Positions 10,879 through 21,115 of a DNA stretch of 64,000 nucleotides are shown here, piece by piece; the first letter of the stretch is position 1; the number at the start of each line of letters is the position of its first letter. The DNA is taken from positions 7,075-71,074 of the forward strand of contig JAFGPA010000031.1 of NCBI GenBank assembly GCA_016926175.1, written 5' to 3'. Position numbers and translations under genes: made by a program. The notes under the pieces were generated by a model. The model searched no databases. It was not told the origin of the DNA and saw only the letters and a list, made by a program, of their open reading frames with translations. Source of the DNA: Candidatus Micrarchaeota archaeon (GTDB lineage: Archaea > Micrarchaeota > Micrarchaeia > Anstonellales > Bilamarchaeaceae).

Positions 10879-11643
10879 TTACTCAATATCTTCCAGGGCC
10901 TTTGAAATCACTTTTGCAATCACAGCACTGCCTTTTTCATTGGGGTGCTGGGCATCCTTTCCCTGATATTCAGGCTTCATGAACTGATCTCCTGGCTGGA
11001 CCAGGGCAGAATAGCTGTCTGCAAGATAAACGTGTTTTTTCCCGCGCTGTTCTCTCATCCAGGAATTCAGCCTTTCAGTGAACTCCTGTGCCTGGCCATT
11101 CCACTGCCCCTTGTTTTTCCAGGGAGAAACAGTGACAAGAACGAGCGCTTTTTCGTTTATGCCTGCATCCTCAACCATTGTTTCAAATATCTTTATCAGT
11201 TTCTGGAATTCGTGTTCCCTGGCAGCTGGCCTGCTTTGCATTATCCACCACATGATGTCGTTTACGCCGCCCTGCAGGACAATTGTATTGTAATTCCGGT
11301 CAATGACATATTTGTCAAACTGCTCTCCTATCCAGTCCCTTACAAGCTGGCCTTGTCTGGCGGAGTTTGTTACAATGCTTTCGTCGTTTTTTTCTGAGAT
11401 TTTCTCATATATTTTCTGTGAAACATAAGAATCGTTCCATGATAAAATAGAATCTCCCAGAATCACAATCTTTGGAATCCTTATGATCCTTAATTCTGTT
11501 TTGCCGGTGACTATCATTTGCTTTGAAGATAATTCAGTGTCTGGCTTGTAATATCTATAATCCGGCTTCTCTTTGCTGGTTTCGGATCTGCCGCATGCAG
11601 ATGCAATGGCTGCAACTGTTGCTGCAATAACTGCTCTTCTCAT
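10879..11643 (-). CDS. SGNH/GDSL-family hydrolase, probable lipoprotein
   Basis: ORF 10879..11676. The ATG at 11643 is preceded by GGAGG. It has a signal/lipobox-like AAIASACG and the blocks ILGDSIL (GDS), GGVNDI and DAQHPNEKG (DxxH). Confidence 0.75.
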   Translation of the reverse strand: MRRAVIAATVAAIASACGRSETSKEKPDYRYYKPDTELSSKQMIVTGKTELRIIRIPKIVILGDSILSWNDSYVSQKIYEKISEKNDESIVTNSARQGQLVRDWIGEQFDKYVIDRNYNTIVLQGGVNDIMWWIMQSRPAAREHEFQKLIKIFETMVEDAGINEKALVLVTVSPWKNKGQWNGQAQEFTERLNSWMREQRGKKHVYLADSYSALVQPGDQFMKPEYQGKDAQHPNEKGSAVIAKVISKALEDIE

Positions 11644-11771
11644 AATCGTTTGTCCTCCGCTAAGTAAAGGCTTCAAAATCTTTATATATCAATCCATTTT
11701 TTATAACAGCGTAAAATTCTGTTTGCGAAGCATTTTTATGTCAATGCTACAAAACAAAAATAGGTGTTATT

Positions 11772-12188
11772 TTGACAAAGAAAAACCAGGCAGAAAAGAA
11801 AACTGCAAAAAAACAAGATAAAAAAGAAACAGCCAGTGAAAACAAACTGGAAATAACGCCACAGCTCAGAAGAAACTGGATCCGGATAAGGCAGGCTTAC
11901 AACATGTCGCTCGGGGCTTTTGGAAATGCACTTTCCACGCTAAACGAGCAGGAAGCCAACCAGATGTACAATCTTGTTATCAATGCACTGTATAAAGACA
12001 CTGTGGCCCAGATAGTTAGGGACAATCCTAAAATGAAGGATTTTGTTAAAACAGACGAAGACCGCTTTTGCATGTATGATGTCTATGAGAACCTGTCCTG
12101 GAAACTCAACAGAAAAGAAGATCCTCCAAAATACAGGCAGGTAATAAACAGGTTCAGGCTTGCTGTCAAGAAAACTTACATTCCGTAA
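11772..12188 (+). CDS. Hypothetical protein with a lysine-rich N-terminus
   Basis: 138-aa ORF with a TTG start and a KK-rich N-terminal 25 aa. No family recognised. Confidence 0.45.
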   Translation: MTKKNQAEKKTAKKQDKKETASENKLEITPQLRRNWIRIRQAYNMSLGAFGNALSTLNEQEANQMYNLVINALYKDTVAQIVRDNPKMKDFVKTDEDRFCMYDVYENLSWKLNRKEDPPKYRQVINRFRLAVKKTYIP

Positions 12189-12219
12189 TTTTATTAAATG
12201 GCAGTTCCATATTTTTCCC

Positions 12220-13866
12220 ATGCTCAAATCAATTATTCGTAAGCACGTACTCAAAAATATCGCTGATTACGGCAAGGCAGATCCAGGCTCAGTTACTGGC
12301 AAGGTTATTGCAGAGTTTCCCGATGCAAAGAAAGATGTGAAATCCATAATGCAAAAAATCAAAGAGGAAATTGCAAGGGCTTCCGGCCTGTCAAGGGAAC
12401 AGCTGGAAAATGAAATGAAAGAATTCACGTATAGCGTGAAAGAAGAAAAGCAAAAAGTTATATCACTGCCAAATGTAAAAGGAAAAACGGTTACAAGATT
12501 TCCGCCCGAGCCTTCAGGATATCTGCATATAGGGCATGCCAAGGCATCATGGATCGACTATGAAGGCGCAAGAGTAAACGGCGGATATATGATCCTTCGA
12601 TTTGACGACACCAATCCGGAGAAGGAATCGCAGGAATATGCCGATTCAATCAAGCACGATCTGGAATGGCTCGGTATAAAATGGGAAAAGGAAACTTACA
12701 CTTCAGACAAAATGGAACTTTTATACAAAGCAGCAAAAATCCTGATAGAAAATGATGCTGCATATGTCTGCACAAGTTCCCAGGAATCAGTAAGGCAAAG
12801 CAGGACTGACGGCAAGCCAGTGCCGGACCGGTCATTGTCCAAAGAAGAAAATCTCAGGCGCTGGAATGATATGCTTGACGGAAAATACAATCCGGGAGAA
12901 GCAATACTTCTTTTCAAGGGCAACCTGAAATCAAGCAATACTGCCTTGCGGGATCCTACACTGGCAAGAATAATCACAACCCATCATTTCAGAAAGCACA
13001 AACAGTACAGAGTGTGGCCCGGCTATGATCTTGCAGTTGTTGTAATGGATCATGAAGAAGGAATTACCCATTCCATGCGGTCAAAAGAATATGAACTCCG
13101 TGACGATCTTTACAGGCAGATATGCACTGCTCTTGGATGGAAAGTGCCGGAGCTTGTTGGTTTTTCCAGGCTGGCAATAAAAAATGCACCAATAAGCAAA
13201 AGGCTTATCACTCCGCTGGTCATGGAAGGAAAAGTTTCAGGCTGGGATGATCCGAGGCTGCCTACCCTGGCAGGATTGAGAAGAAGGGGAATTCTGCCAG
13301 AGGCAATCCGGCAGTTTGTCCTGCAAATAGGGCTGTCAAAAGTTGACAGTGAGCCAGACTGGGAAGTGCTGCTATCCTACAACAGAAAGCTTCTCGACCA
13401 TCAGGCCCCGCATTATTTCTTTGTAAGGGATCCTGTAAAGATCGAAGTTCAGGGTCTTGGGGAAAAAACAATATTACTGAAAAAACACCCGAAGCATGAT
13501 CTTGGAGAACGGGAGATTCGGGTAACAGAAACAATATATATAGACAGCATGGATGCTCCAAAAGACGGAGAAAAACTCCGGCTTAAAGATCTTTGCAACA
13601 TCGAATATTCCGGAGGAAAGGCAAAACTTCTTGGGGAAGAAATCCTGAAGAAAAAAATTCAGTGGGTATCTGATCCGGTCAAATGCAAAATCCTGGTTCC
13701 AAAGGATCTTCTCAAAGACGGGGAGTATGACCCTGAAAGCATGGAAGTGCTTGAAGGCTATTGTGAAAAAGCATGCCAGCAATTAAAGCCAGGTACAACA
13801 ATACAGTTTGAAAGATTCGGATTCTGCAGGCTGGACAGGGATATGACATTCATTTTTTCATGCTGA
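12220..13866 (+). CDS. gltX: Glutamyl-tRNA synthetase, archaeal type
   Basis: ORF 12160..13866, with the probable ATG at 12220 (MLKSIIRKHVLKNIADYGKADPGSVTGKVIAEFPD, resembling archaeal GluRS N-termini). It has the HIGH-type YLHIGHAKA, FDDTNPE, and a class I Glx-RS core. Confidence 0.9.
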   Translation: MLKSIIRKHVLKNIADYGKADPGSVTGKVIAEFPDAKKDVKSIMQKIKEEIARASGLSREQLENEMKEFTYSVKEEKQKVISLPNVKGKTVTRFPPEPSGYLHIGHAKASWIDYEGARVNGGYMILRFDDTNPEKESQEYADSIKHDLEWLGIKWEKETYTSDKMELLYKAAKILIENDAAYVCTSSQESVRQSRTDGKPVPDRSLSKEENLRRWNDMLDGKYNPGEAILLFKGNLKSSNTALRDPTLARIITTHHFRKHKQYRVWPGYDLAVVVMDHEEGITHSMRSKEYELRDDLYRQICTALGWKVPELVGFSRLAIKNAPISKRLITPLVMEGKVSGWDDPRLPTLAGLRRRGILPEAIRQFVLQIGLSKVDSEPDWEVLLSYNRKLLDHQAPHYFFVRDPVKIEVQGLGEKTILLKKHPKHDLGEREIRVTETIYIDSMDAPKDGEKLRLKDLCNIEYSGGKAKLLGEEILKKKIQWVSDPVKCKILVPKDLLKDGEYDPESMEVLEGYCEKACQQLKPGTTIQFERFGFCRLDRDMTFIFSC

Positions 13867-14395
13867 TAATCCTTACTGCCACCACTGCAATAGCAAAAGC
13901 AAAGAGCATCAATTCAAACAGATTGAAAGATCCGCCCATGGAAATGTGGAAATGTATTATTGAAAGCACAAATCCTACATAGCCGAACGTCTGCAGCTTT
14001 TTCCAGTTTGGCCCAAGAATTCTCATTGCACGGTTTGTTGATGTCAAAGTCAGCGCAAGGAAAATCAGAAATGCCAGAACAGCTGAAAATGCAGATAGAA
14101 AGCGATGGTTTTCTGTATTGAGCAGTTTTCCAATGTCAGATCCAAAGAAAAGCTGGAATGACAATATTGAATGAATCAGAAGAATCAGAAAACCTGAAAC
14201 TCCAAGGTATCTTCGGTGTACTTTTATCCTGTTGAACCAGGGAAAATACTTTGGCAATGGCCCCACTATGAAAGTAATGCCGACAACTGCTATTCCTGCA
14301 AGCGCAAGTGCCCTGTTGATCTGATAAGGGCTGGTGCCGTTCAGTAATATCATCAGAACAACAATGATTGCCGGTATCAGGTAAGCTGATTTCAT
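13850..14395 (-). CDS. Ferric-reductase-like / MsrQ-like heme-binding membrane protein
   Basis: 181 aa with about 5 TM segments. HRRYLGVSGFLILLIHSILS and WKKLQTFGYVGFVLSIIHF resemble the conserved His-bearing helices of the YedZ/MsrQ family. Confidence 0.55.
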   Translation of the reverse strand: MKSAYLIPAIIVVLMILLNGTSPYQINRALALAGIAVVGITFIVGPLPKYFPWFNRIKVHRRYLGVSGFLILLIHSILSFQLFFGSDIGKLLNTENHRFLSAFSAVLAFLIFLALTLTSTNRAMRILGPNWKKLQTFGYVGFVLSIIHFHISMGGSFNLFELMLFAFAIAVVAVRIISMKK

Positions 14396-14446
14396 GATAA
14401 TGAATCTCTGCTTTCATTTATAAATTTTTTCTGTGTAGATGGAACA

Positions 14447-14959
14447 ATGAAGCTGGACATCAAAAAAATTGCGAAATCCTCCATTTTGTTTGTTGGAGCA
14501 GGTATAATCATTGTTATCCTGTCAATGATACTCCAGCTTCTTACTGTACTGGTAGAAGGCGAATACAACTCTGTTATCCAGACTATTACATCAATATTCT
14601 CTTATTTGATGCTGCCGCTGTTTCTTGGGCTGTTCCTGCTGGCGGGATATCGCGCAGTGAGAATACACGGCTTTGATGCGGTCGGTGCAGGAGCAACAGC
14701 AGCCATCAGCTATTTTCTGATAGCCACTGTACATCTAACTCTGGATGTGCTGCTTGTGATTCTGGTTCTTTCAGGCATGATCCCCGGAGGAGCCGGTTTC
14801 GGATCTTCAGAGAGCGTTGCTGCTGCCGCTGTTTTTGGGGATGTAACCGGTATGCTGGGGCTTGGTTTGCAGATTTTCTGCGGATTTGGACTGATTCTTA
14901 TAGGATCCCTCTTTAACTTCGTAATTGGAGGGGTTGCGGGACTGTATGCTTCAAGGTAA
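14447..14959 (+). CDS. Hypothetical Gly/Ala-rich integral membrane protein
   Basis: 170 aa with 4-5 hydrophobic segments. No recognisable motif. Confidence 0.55.
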   Translation: MKLDIKKIAKSSILFVGAGIIIVILSMILQLLTVLVEGEYNSVIQTITSIFSYLMLPLFLGLFLLAGYRAVRIHGFDAVGAGATAAISYFLIATVHLTLDVLLVILVLSGMIPGGAGFGSSESVAAAAVFGDVTGMLGLGLQIFCGFGLILIGSLFNFVIGGVAGLYASR

Positions 14960-15071
14960 TGTGGCAATTTATGGAAAAAATATGAACTAGCTTCTCCTCT
15001 GAGAAATGATCATTTTTATTTATTCTCATTGTAATCTACTAGCTTTTGAGGGCTCTAATTAGGTGGAGAGT

Positions 15072-17168
15072 ATGACTATTAAACAAATAAAGAAACGAAA
15101 CGGGTCGGTCGTCACATTTGACAAGGAGAAAATTATCAATGCAATTTTCAAGGCAGCACAGTCTGTTGGCGGTTCTGACCGGACTGAAGCTGAAGCTGTT
15201 GCAGACAAGGTAATCGAATTTCTCAATCAGAAATACAAGGAAGAATATGTCCCTACTGTAGAGGAAATCCAGGATATTGTAGAAAAGGCTTTGATTGAAA
15301 CAGGTCACGCTTCAACTGCAAAATCATACATAATATACAGGCACAGAAAAAATGTTGAGCGCGAAATGAAAATACTCCTCGGCGTTGAGGATGACCTCAA
15401 GCTGCCATTGAATTCTGTACAGGTTCTTGAAAGAAGATATCTGCTTAAGGACGAAAATGGCAAAGTTACGGAATCTCCAAGCGAGCTGTTCAGAAGGGTT
15501 GCGAAATACCTTGCATCAAACGAGAAAAATTATGGTGCCGATGAGGAAACAGTAAAGCATTACACGGAAGCATTTTATCAGATCATGACAAATTTTGAAT
15601 TCCTGCCCAATTCACCAACCCTAATGAACGCAGGAACCCCGCTGGGGCAGCTGGCAGCCTGCTTTGTTCTTCCTGTAAAGGACAGTATCGAACAGATCTT
15701 TGACTCTGTAAAGCACCAGGCAATCATACATAAAACCGGAGGCGGCACAGGATTCTGCTTTTCTTATCTTCGGCCAAAAGGGGATTTTGTGAAAAGCACT
15801 GCAGGAATTGCCTCAGGCCCAATCTCATTCATGAGCGCATTTGACAATGCAACCAATGTAATCAAGCAGGGCGGAAAGAGAAGGGGAGCCAATATGGCGA
15901 CAATGCACATGTGGCATCCGGACATAGAAGAATTCATAACAATGAAACAAAACCCTGGCGTGATGGAGAATTTCAATGTATCGGTGATGGCAGATGACAA
16001 ATTTATGCAGGCAGTTGATACCAATGGCGAATACGGACTTCTTAACCCCCGGGATATGGAGCCTATAAGGAAAGTGAGTGCAAGAAGCCTGTTCAACCTT
16101 ATCTCCTACAGCGCATGGAAATCTGCTGAACCAGGTGTACTTTTCATAGATGAAATCAACAGAAAAAATCCGACGCCTGCAGATCCTATATATGCAACAA
16201 ATCCATGCGGGGAAGTGCCAATGCCGGATTATGAATCCTGCAATCTCGGAAGCATCAACCTTGCAAAATTCGTTGAGCTTGACTGGAGCAAAAGGGACTG
16301 GAGAAAGAAAGTAAACTGGAAAAGGCTAAGATATGTTACAAGACTGGCATTCCAGTTCCTCGACAATGTGATTGACCTCAACAAATATCCCATATCGCAG
16401 ATAAAAGACCAGACCATGAAAAACAGGAGAATCGGCCTTGGCGTTATGGGATTTGCAAGAATGCTCTTCAAGATGGGGATCAGATATGATTCAGAACAAG
16501 GTTATGAGATCGGAGAAGAAGTCATGAAGTTCCTTAATGATGAGTCAAGGAAAATGTCCCGCGAACTCGGCCGTGCGAGGGGATCGTTCCCTGGCTTCCA
16601 GGAAAGCACCCATGCGCAGAGATTTGATGCAATGAGAAATGCAACTTGCACATCCATTGCCCCTACTGGCACCATTTCCATGATAGCAGACACCTCCAGC
16701 GGCATTGAGCCTGTATTTGCCCTTTCATTCCTGAAAACAGTAAGAGCCGGGCAGTATTATTATCTTGATCCGGTTTTCGAGCATGTCCTTAAAGTAAGGG
16801 GGCTTTACAGTGAGGAGCTTATCAAGAAGGTAATGGAGGAAGGGTCCATTCAGAAAATGCAGGAAATTCCGCAGGATGTCAAAGAAGTGTTCAGGGTGGC
16901 ATATGATATTTCACCCCAGTCACACGTACTTATGCAGGCGGCCTTCCAGAAAAATGTCGATCTTGCCGTCAGCAAAACAATCAACATGCCTGCAGATGCG
17001 TCTGTGGAAGATGTTGAATCCGTGTATCTTCTTGCATGGAAAACAGGCTGTAAGGGAATAACCATCTACAGAGACAGTTCCAGATCAGAACAGGTTCTTC
17101 ACGTGGGCAAGAAGGCGAAAACAAAAGGTGTTGAAGAAGACAAGATTGTAATGCTCAACAAATCGTGA
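15072..17168 (+). CDS. nrdJ: Ribonucleoside-triphosphate/diphosphate reductase, class II (adenosylcobalamin-dependent) with an ATP-cone
   Basis: ORF 15063..17168, with the ATG at 15072. It has an N-terminal ATP-cone (IKKRNGSVVTFDKEKIINAI), NSPTLMNAG, the active site TNPCGEVPM, and the C-terminal CKGITIYRDSSR. No intein-sized insertion is evident. Confidence 0.92.
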   Translation: MTIKQIKKRNGSVVTFDKEKIINAIFKAAQSVGGSDRTEAEAVADKVIEFLNQKYKEEYVPTVEEIQDIVEKALIETGHASTAKSYIIYRHRKNVEREMKILLGVEDDLKLPLNSVQVLERRYLLKDENGKVTESPSELFRRVAKYLASNEKNYGADEETVKHYTEAFYQIMTNFEFLPNSPTLMNAGTPLGQLAACFVLPVKDSIEQIFDSVKHQAIIHKTGGGTGFCFSYLRPKGDFVKSTAGIASGPISFMSAFDNATNVIKQGGKRRGANMATMHMWHPDIEEFITMKQNPGVMENFNVSVMADDKFMQAVDTNGEYGLLNPRDMEPIRKVSARSLFNLISYSAWKSAEPGVLFIDEINRKNPTPADPIYATNPCGEVPMPDYESCNLGSINLAKFVELDWSKRDWRKKVNWKRLRYVTRLAFQFLDNVIDLNKYPISQIKDQTMKNRRIGLGVMGFARMLFKMGIRYDSEQGYEIGEEVMKFLNDESRKMSRELGRARGSFPGFQESTHAQRFDAMRNATCTSIAPTGTISMIADTSSGIEPVFALSFLKTVRAGQYYYLDPVFEHVLKVRGLYSEELIKKVMEEGSIQKMQEIPQDVKEVFRVAYDISPQSHVLMQAAFQKNVDLAVSKTINMPADASVEDVESVYLLAWKTGCKGITIYRDSSRSEQVLHVGKKAKTKGVEEDKIVMLNKS

Positions 17169-17172
17169 TGTT

Positions 17173-18275
<1,103 letters not shown>

Positions 18276-18279
<4 letters not shown>

Positions 18280-18737
18280 AAGACTGGACTGCCCTGATTG
18301 TAATCGGGGTTATTTTAATTATTCTCATTCTTTATTTTGCTGCTGCAAAGGGCGAAAAGAGAAAAATTCAGATAATCAATTCAGAAGGGACTGCAATTGA
18401 TGTTGAAGTTGAAATTGCAAATACCATGACAACCCGGGCAAAGGGACTGATGGGCAGAACGATTCTTGGAGAGAATGAAGGAATGCTTTTTGTTTTTGAC
18501 AAGGAAGAAAGGCATTCTTTCTGGATGCTGAATACTACAATCCCCCTGGATGCAATACATGTCTCCAAAAACGGCACTGTTGTGGATATACTGCAGATGG
18601 ACCCCTGTACCCTTTTACAATGCACTTCTTATTTGCCAAAGGAAAAATCCAGATATGTTCTGGAGGTTAATCAGGGGTTTTCCAAGAAACACGAAATCGA
18701 AAAAGGGAGCATGCTGGTTTTAAATAATATATCGTAA
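18276..18737 (+). CDS. DUF192 (COG1430) family protein with an N-terminal TM anchor
   Basis: TTRAKGLMGR...GMLFVF...SFWMLNTTIPLDAIHV is the DUF192 signature. It overlaps the fbp stop by 4 nt. Confidence 0.75.
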
Positions 18738-18760
18738 TCCTTCCTATTAAAGGTGGATTA

Positions 18761-19147
18761 ATGGGCAGTGTTAGGATAAAAAGGATTACACCAAAGCATA
18801 TTGCAAATACCATAAAAAAAATAATGGAAAGAAAACCAAAGCCCATTCCTCTTGATCTTTCCTGCACCCTTGGAAAGCAATTGCTGAAATTTTTCGATGA
18901 TGCTGAAATGCTTGACGCACTTCTTATAAAAGGTGCAAATGTGGATGCCCGGGATGAATATGGCAATACTGCCCTTATACTGGCCGCACAAAAGGGAAAT
19001 CTCGATTCCTGCAGAATCCTTGTTGAGAATGGTGCGAATGTCAATGTACAATCAAAATCAGGCATTACACCTATAGTTGCAGCTTCAGCCAGCGGGAATA
19101 TTGATGTTGTTGGCTACCTTCTTGAAAAAGGAGGAAAAATCCAGTAA
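18761..19147 (+). CDS. Ankyrin-repeat protein
   Basis: GANVDARDEYGNTALILAAQKGNLDSCRILVENGANVNVQSKSGITPIVAASASGNIDVVGYLLEKGG amounts to about three ankyrin repeats. Confidence 0.8.
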   Translation: MGSVRIKRITPKHIANTIKKIMERKPKPIPLDLSCTLGKQLLKFFDDAEMLDALLIKGANVDARDEYGNTALILAAQKGNLDSCRILVENGANVNVQSKSGITPIVAASASGNIDVVGYLLEKGGKIQ

Positions 19148-19289
19148 TCGGAAAATCCAGATATAAAACGCATAAGGGGCAGGGGGATGGTTATGTATGC
19201 CCCTTAGCGTATCCTTTTGTGAAGGATTGTGATACATTGTAAATTATGGCGGTTTTGGTTTTTAAATATTATTGTTTCCTTATATACCC

Positions 19290-19991
19290 ATGTTAACTCT
19301 CGTCGGGGCAGGAATTTCATTTGACTTGACATTGAAAGGCCTTGAAGCCATAAAAACTGCAGATGATGTATTTATGGAAAGCTATACAAATCCCATTGAA
19401 AAAGAGCTGGCTGGCAATATTGCAAAGCTTGTTTCAAAGGATATAAGGCATCTTGAAAGGCAGGATGTTGAAAGCTCTCATCTGGTGGAACTGGCAAGAG
19501 AAAAGAATATTGTCCTGATCTCGAGCGGCGATCCTCTTACCGCAACCACCCACATCACCCTTGCCATTGATGCCATGAAAAGAAACATTCCTGTAAGGAT
19601 AATCCATAATTCTTCCATCTATTCAGCAGCACCTGCAAAAGCAGGGTTGCAGATTTACCGGTTTGGAAAAACGGCCTCACTTGTAAACCCAAGACTGAAT
19701 TACAGGCCTTCCTCTTCACTCGACATCATACGAAAAAATCTTCTGAATGATATGCATTCCCTGGTATTGCTTGATACCGAGCCAGAGCCAATGGAAGCAA
19801 AAGCAGCCTTGGATATGCTTTCTGAATTTGAAAGTGCAATAGTGCTCTCCAGAGTTGGTTTTGAAGAAGAAAAAATAGCATATGGCAAAATAACAGAATT
19901 GAAAAAAAGGGAGCTTGGCCGCCCGCCATTAGTAATTATAATCCCGGCAAAATTGCATCCTGTTGAAGAAGAATTTCTGGAAAAAATTTAG
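19290..19991 (+). CDS. dph5: Diphthine synthase
   Basis: ORF 19272..19991, with the ATG at 19290 (MLTLVGAGISFDLTLKGLEAIKTADDVFMESYT...SSGDPLTATTH). It has the tetrapyrrole-methylase fold typical of Dph5. Confidence 0.88.
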   Translation: MLTLVGAGISFDLTLKGLEAIKTADDVFMESYTNPIEKELAGNIAKLVSKDIRHLERQDVESSHLVELAREKNIVLISSGDPLTATTHITLAIDAMKRNIPVRIIHNSSIYSAAPAKAGLQIYRFGKTASLVNPRLNYRPSSSLDIIRKNLLNDMHSLVLLDTEPEPMEAKAALDMLSEFESAIVLSRVGFEEEKIAYGKITELKKRELGRPPLVIIIPAKLHPVEEEFLEKI

Positions 19992-20237
19992 CAGCATCTG
20001 CATTTTTTTCCTTTGCACTTTTTTGCTTTAACGCTTTTTTTCTTTGTTGAAAGACCTACAACACCATGTACTTTTTTTTCAACTGAAGAAACCCAGCTGT
20101 TCAAAATTCCTATAATAATTTATCCCTCCTTAATTGTGTTTAGTACTATATTTTTATGATCATAATATATTTAAATATATGTTTTTTACCATTTTTTAAC
20201 ACAGATATTGCCCAATACCTTAATTCGCTATATTTAA

Positions 20238-21068
20238 ATGCGTTTATCCACATATTATAACAATATGAGAAATAAAATACGCTCTCCAAATCATGCCAGG
20301 CGCAGAATAAGAGAGCCTCTTATTGATGATCTGACCATGATAAAAACGGCGAAAAATATAATCAACAGGCATTCACAGAAATATGAAATAGACCTGCCGG
20401 CATTGGTGGAGGAGCTTAAATCCTATAGTCACCAGAGGGAGCTTCTTATTGCATTGCTGGAAGTTGCAGATGAAATTATGCAGAACAATTCTGCTGCAAT
20501 TGAGAAATCCGGCAGGACCCCCAGAGGAACTGCCAAAGGCCTGAATGCGAATTTTAAATTTACAGACGGCTACATGATAGTTCAGGAATGGGCCCTGCAA
20601 TCAGAACAAATAATGAAAACTATTGTGGAAATGGTTACTGAAGGCGATGAAAAAATCAGGCTCAACTCTGTTTTTGCTCTTCTTTATATGGGGGACCAGG
20701 GTACAGATATCTCCCGGGCCACCCGTTCGCTGGAGTATGCCTTGTTTGATATGTCCAAAAGCGTCCGGGACTGCGCATGCATGGCCCTGGGAAACGTGGA
20801 GCCAACTAAAAACGGCATTCGTGCTGTGCTTGAGCACCTTTATAGCCGGCAAGGCGAACTGAATACTCTTGCCGCTGAAACATTGCTCATATGGATCAAT
20901 GCAGAATCAAACCTGGATTTTCAGAAAAGAATGATGGTCTATTCAAAGCTGGTTGAAAAACTCAGAAAGACCATTGAAATTCCAAAAGGCGGTCTGCTTC
21001 CGGACGAATTTTATCTCAACTGGATGAAAAAAGAGATTGGGGCAGAAGATCCGGCAAACGACAATTAG
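20238..21068 (+). CDS. Hypothetical protein with HEAT-like repeats
   Basis: 276 aa. IRLNSVFALLYMGD and VRDCACMALGNV resemble HEAT/PBS-lyase repeat cores. The assignment is weak. Confidence 0.55.
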   Translation: MRLSTYYNNMRNKIRSPNHARRRIREPLIDDLTMIKTAKNIINRHSQKYEIDLPALVEELKSYSHQRELLIALLEVADEIMQNNSAAIEKSGRTPRGTAKGLNANFKFTDGYMIVQEWALQSEQIMKTIVEMVTEGDEKIRLNSVFALLYMGDQGTDISRATRSLEYALFDMSKSVRDCACMALGNVEPTKNGIRAVLEHLYSRQGELNTLAAETLLIWINAESNLDFQKRMMVYSKLVEKLRKTIEIPKGGLLPDEFYLNWMKKEIGAEDPANDN

Positions 21069-21115
21069 TGAATTTCAGGAAAGCCTTTAAAGGATCATTG
21101 CCAATATCACTTTTT

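Noticed and set aside
12220-12480. The N-terminal ~85 aa of GluRS resemble a GatB/YqeY-type helical domain (IRKHVLKNIADYGKADPGSVTGKVIAEFPD). I considered this a possible novel fusion.
   Set aside because: As far as I recall, archaeal GluRS proteins (for example the Methanocaldococcus enzyme) normally start with the same kind of segment, so this is the ordinary archaeal architecture.
19988-20112. A Lys/Cys-rich mini-ORF on the minus strand (..KKVHGVVGLSTKKKSVKAKKCKGKKCRCC) downstream of dph5, with an upstream GGAGG.
   Set aside because: It has no ATG or GTG start in frame, only TTG/ATT/ATA candidates at poor spacing, and the sequence is low-complexity. There is not enough support to call a gene.
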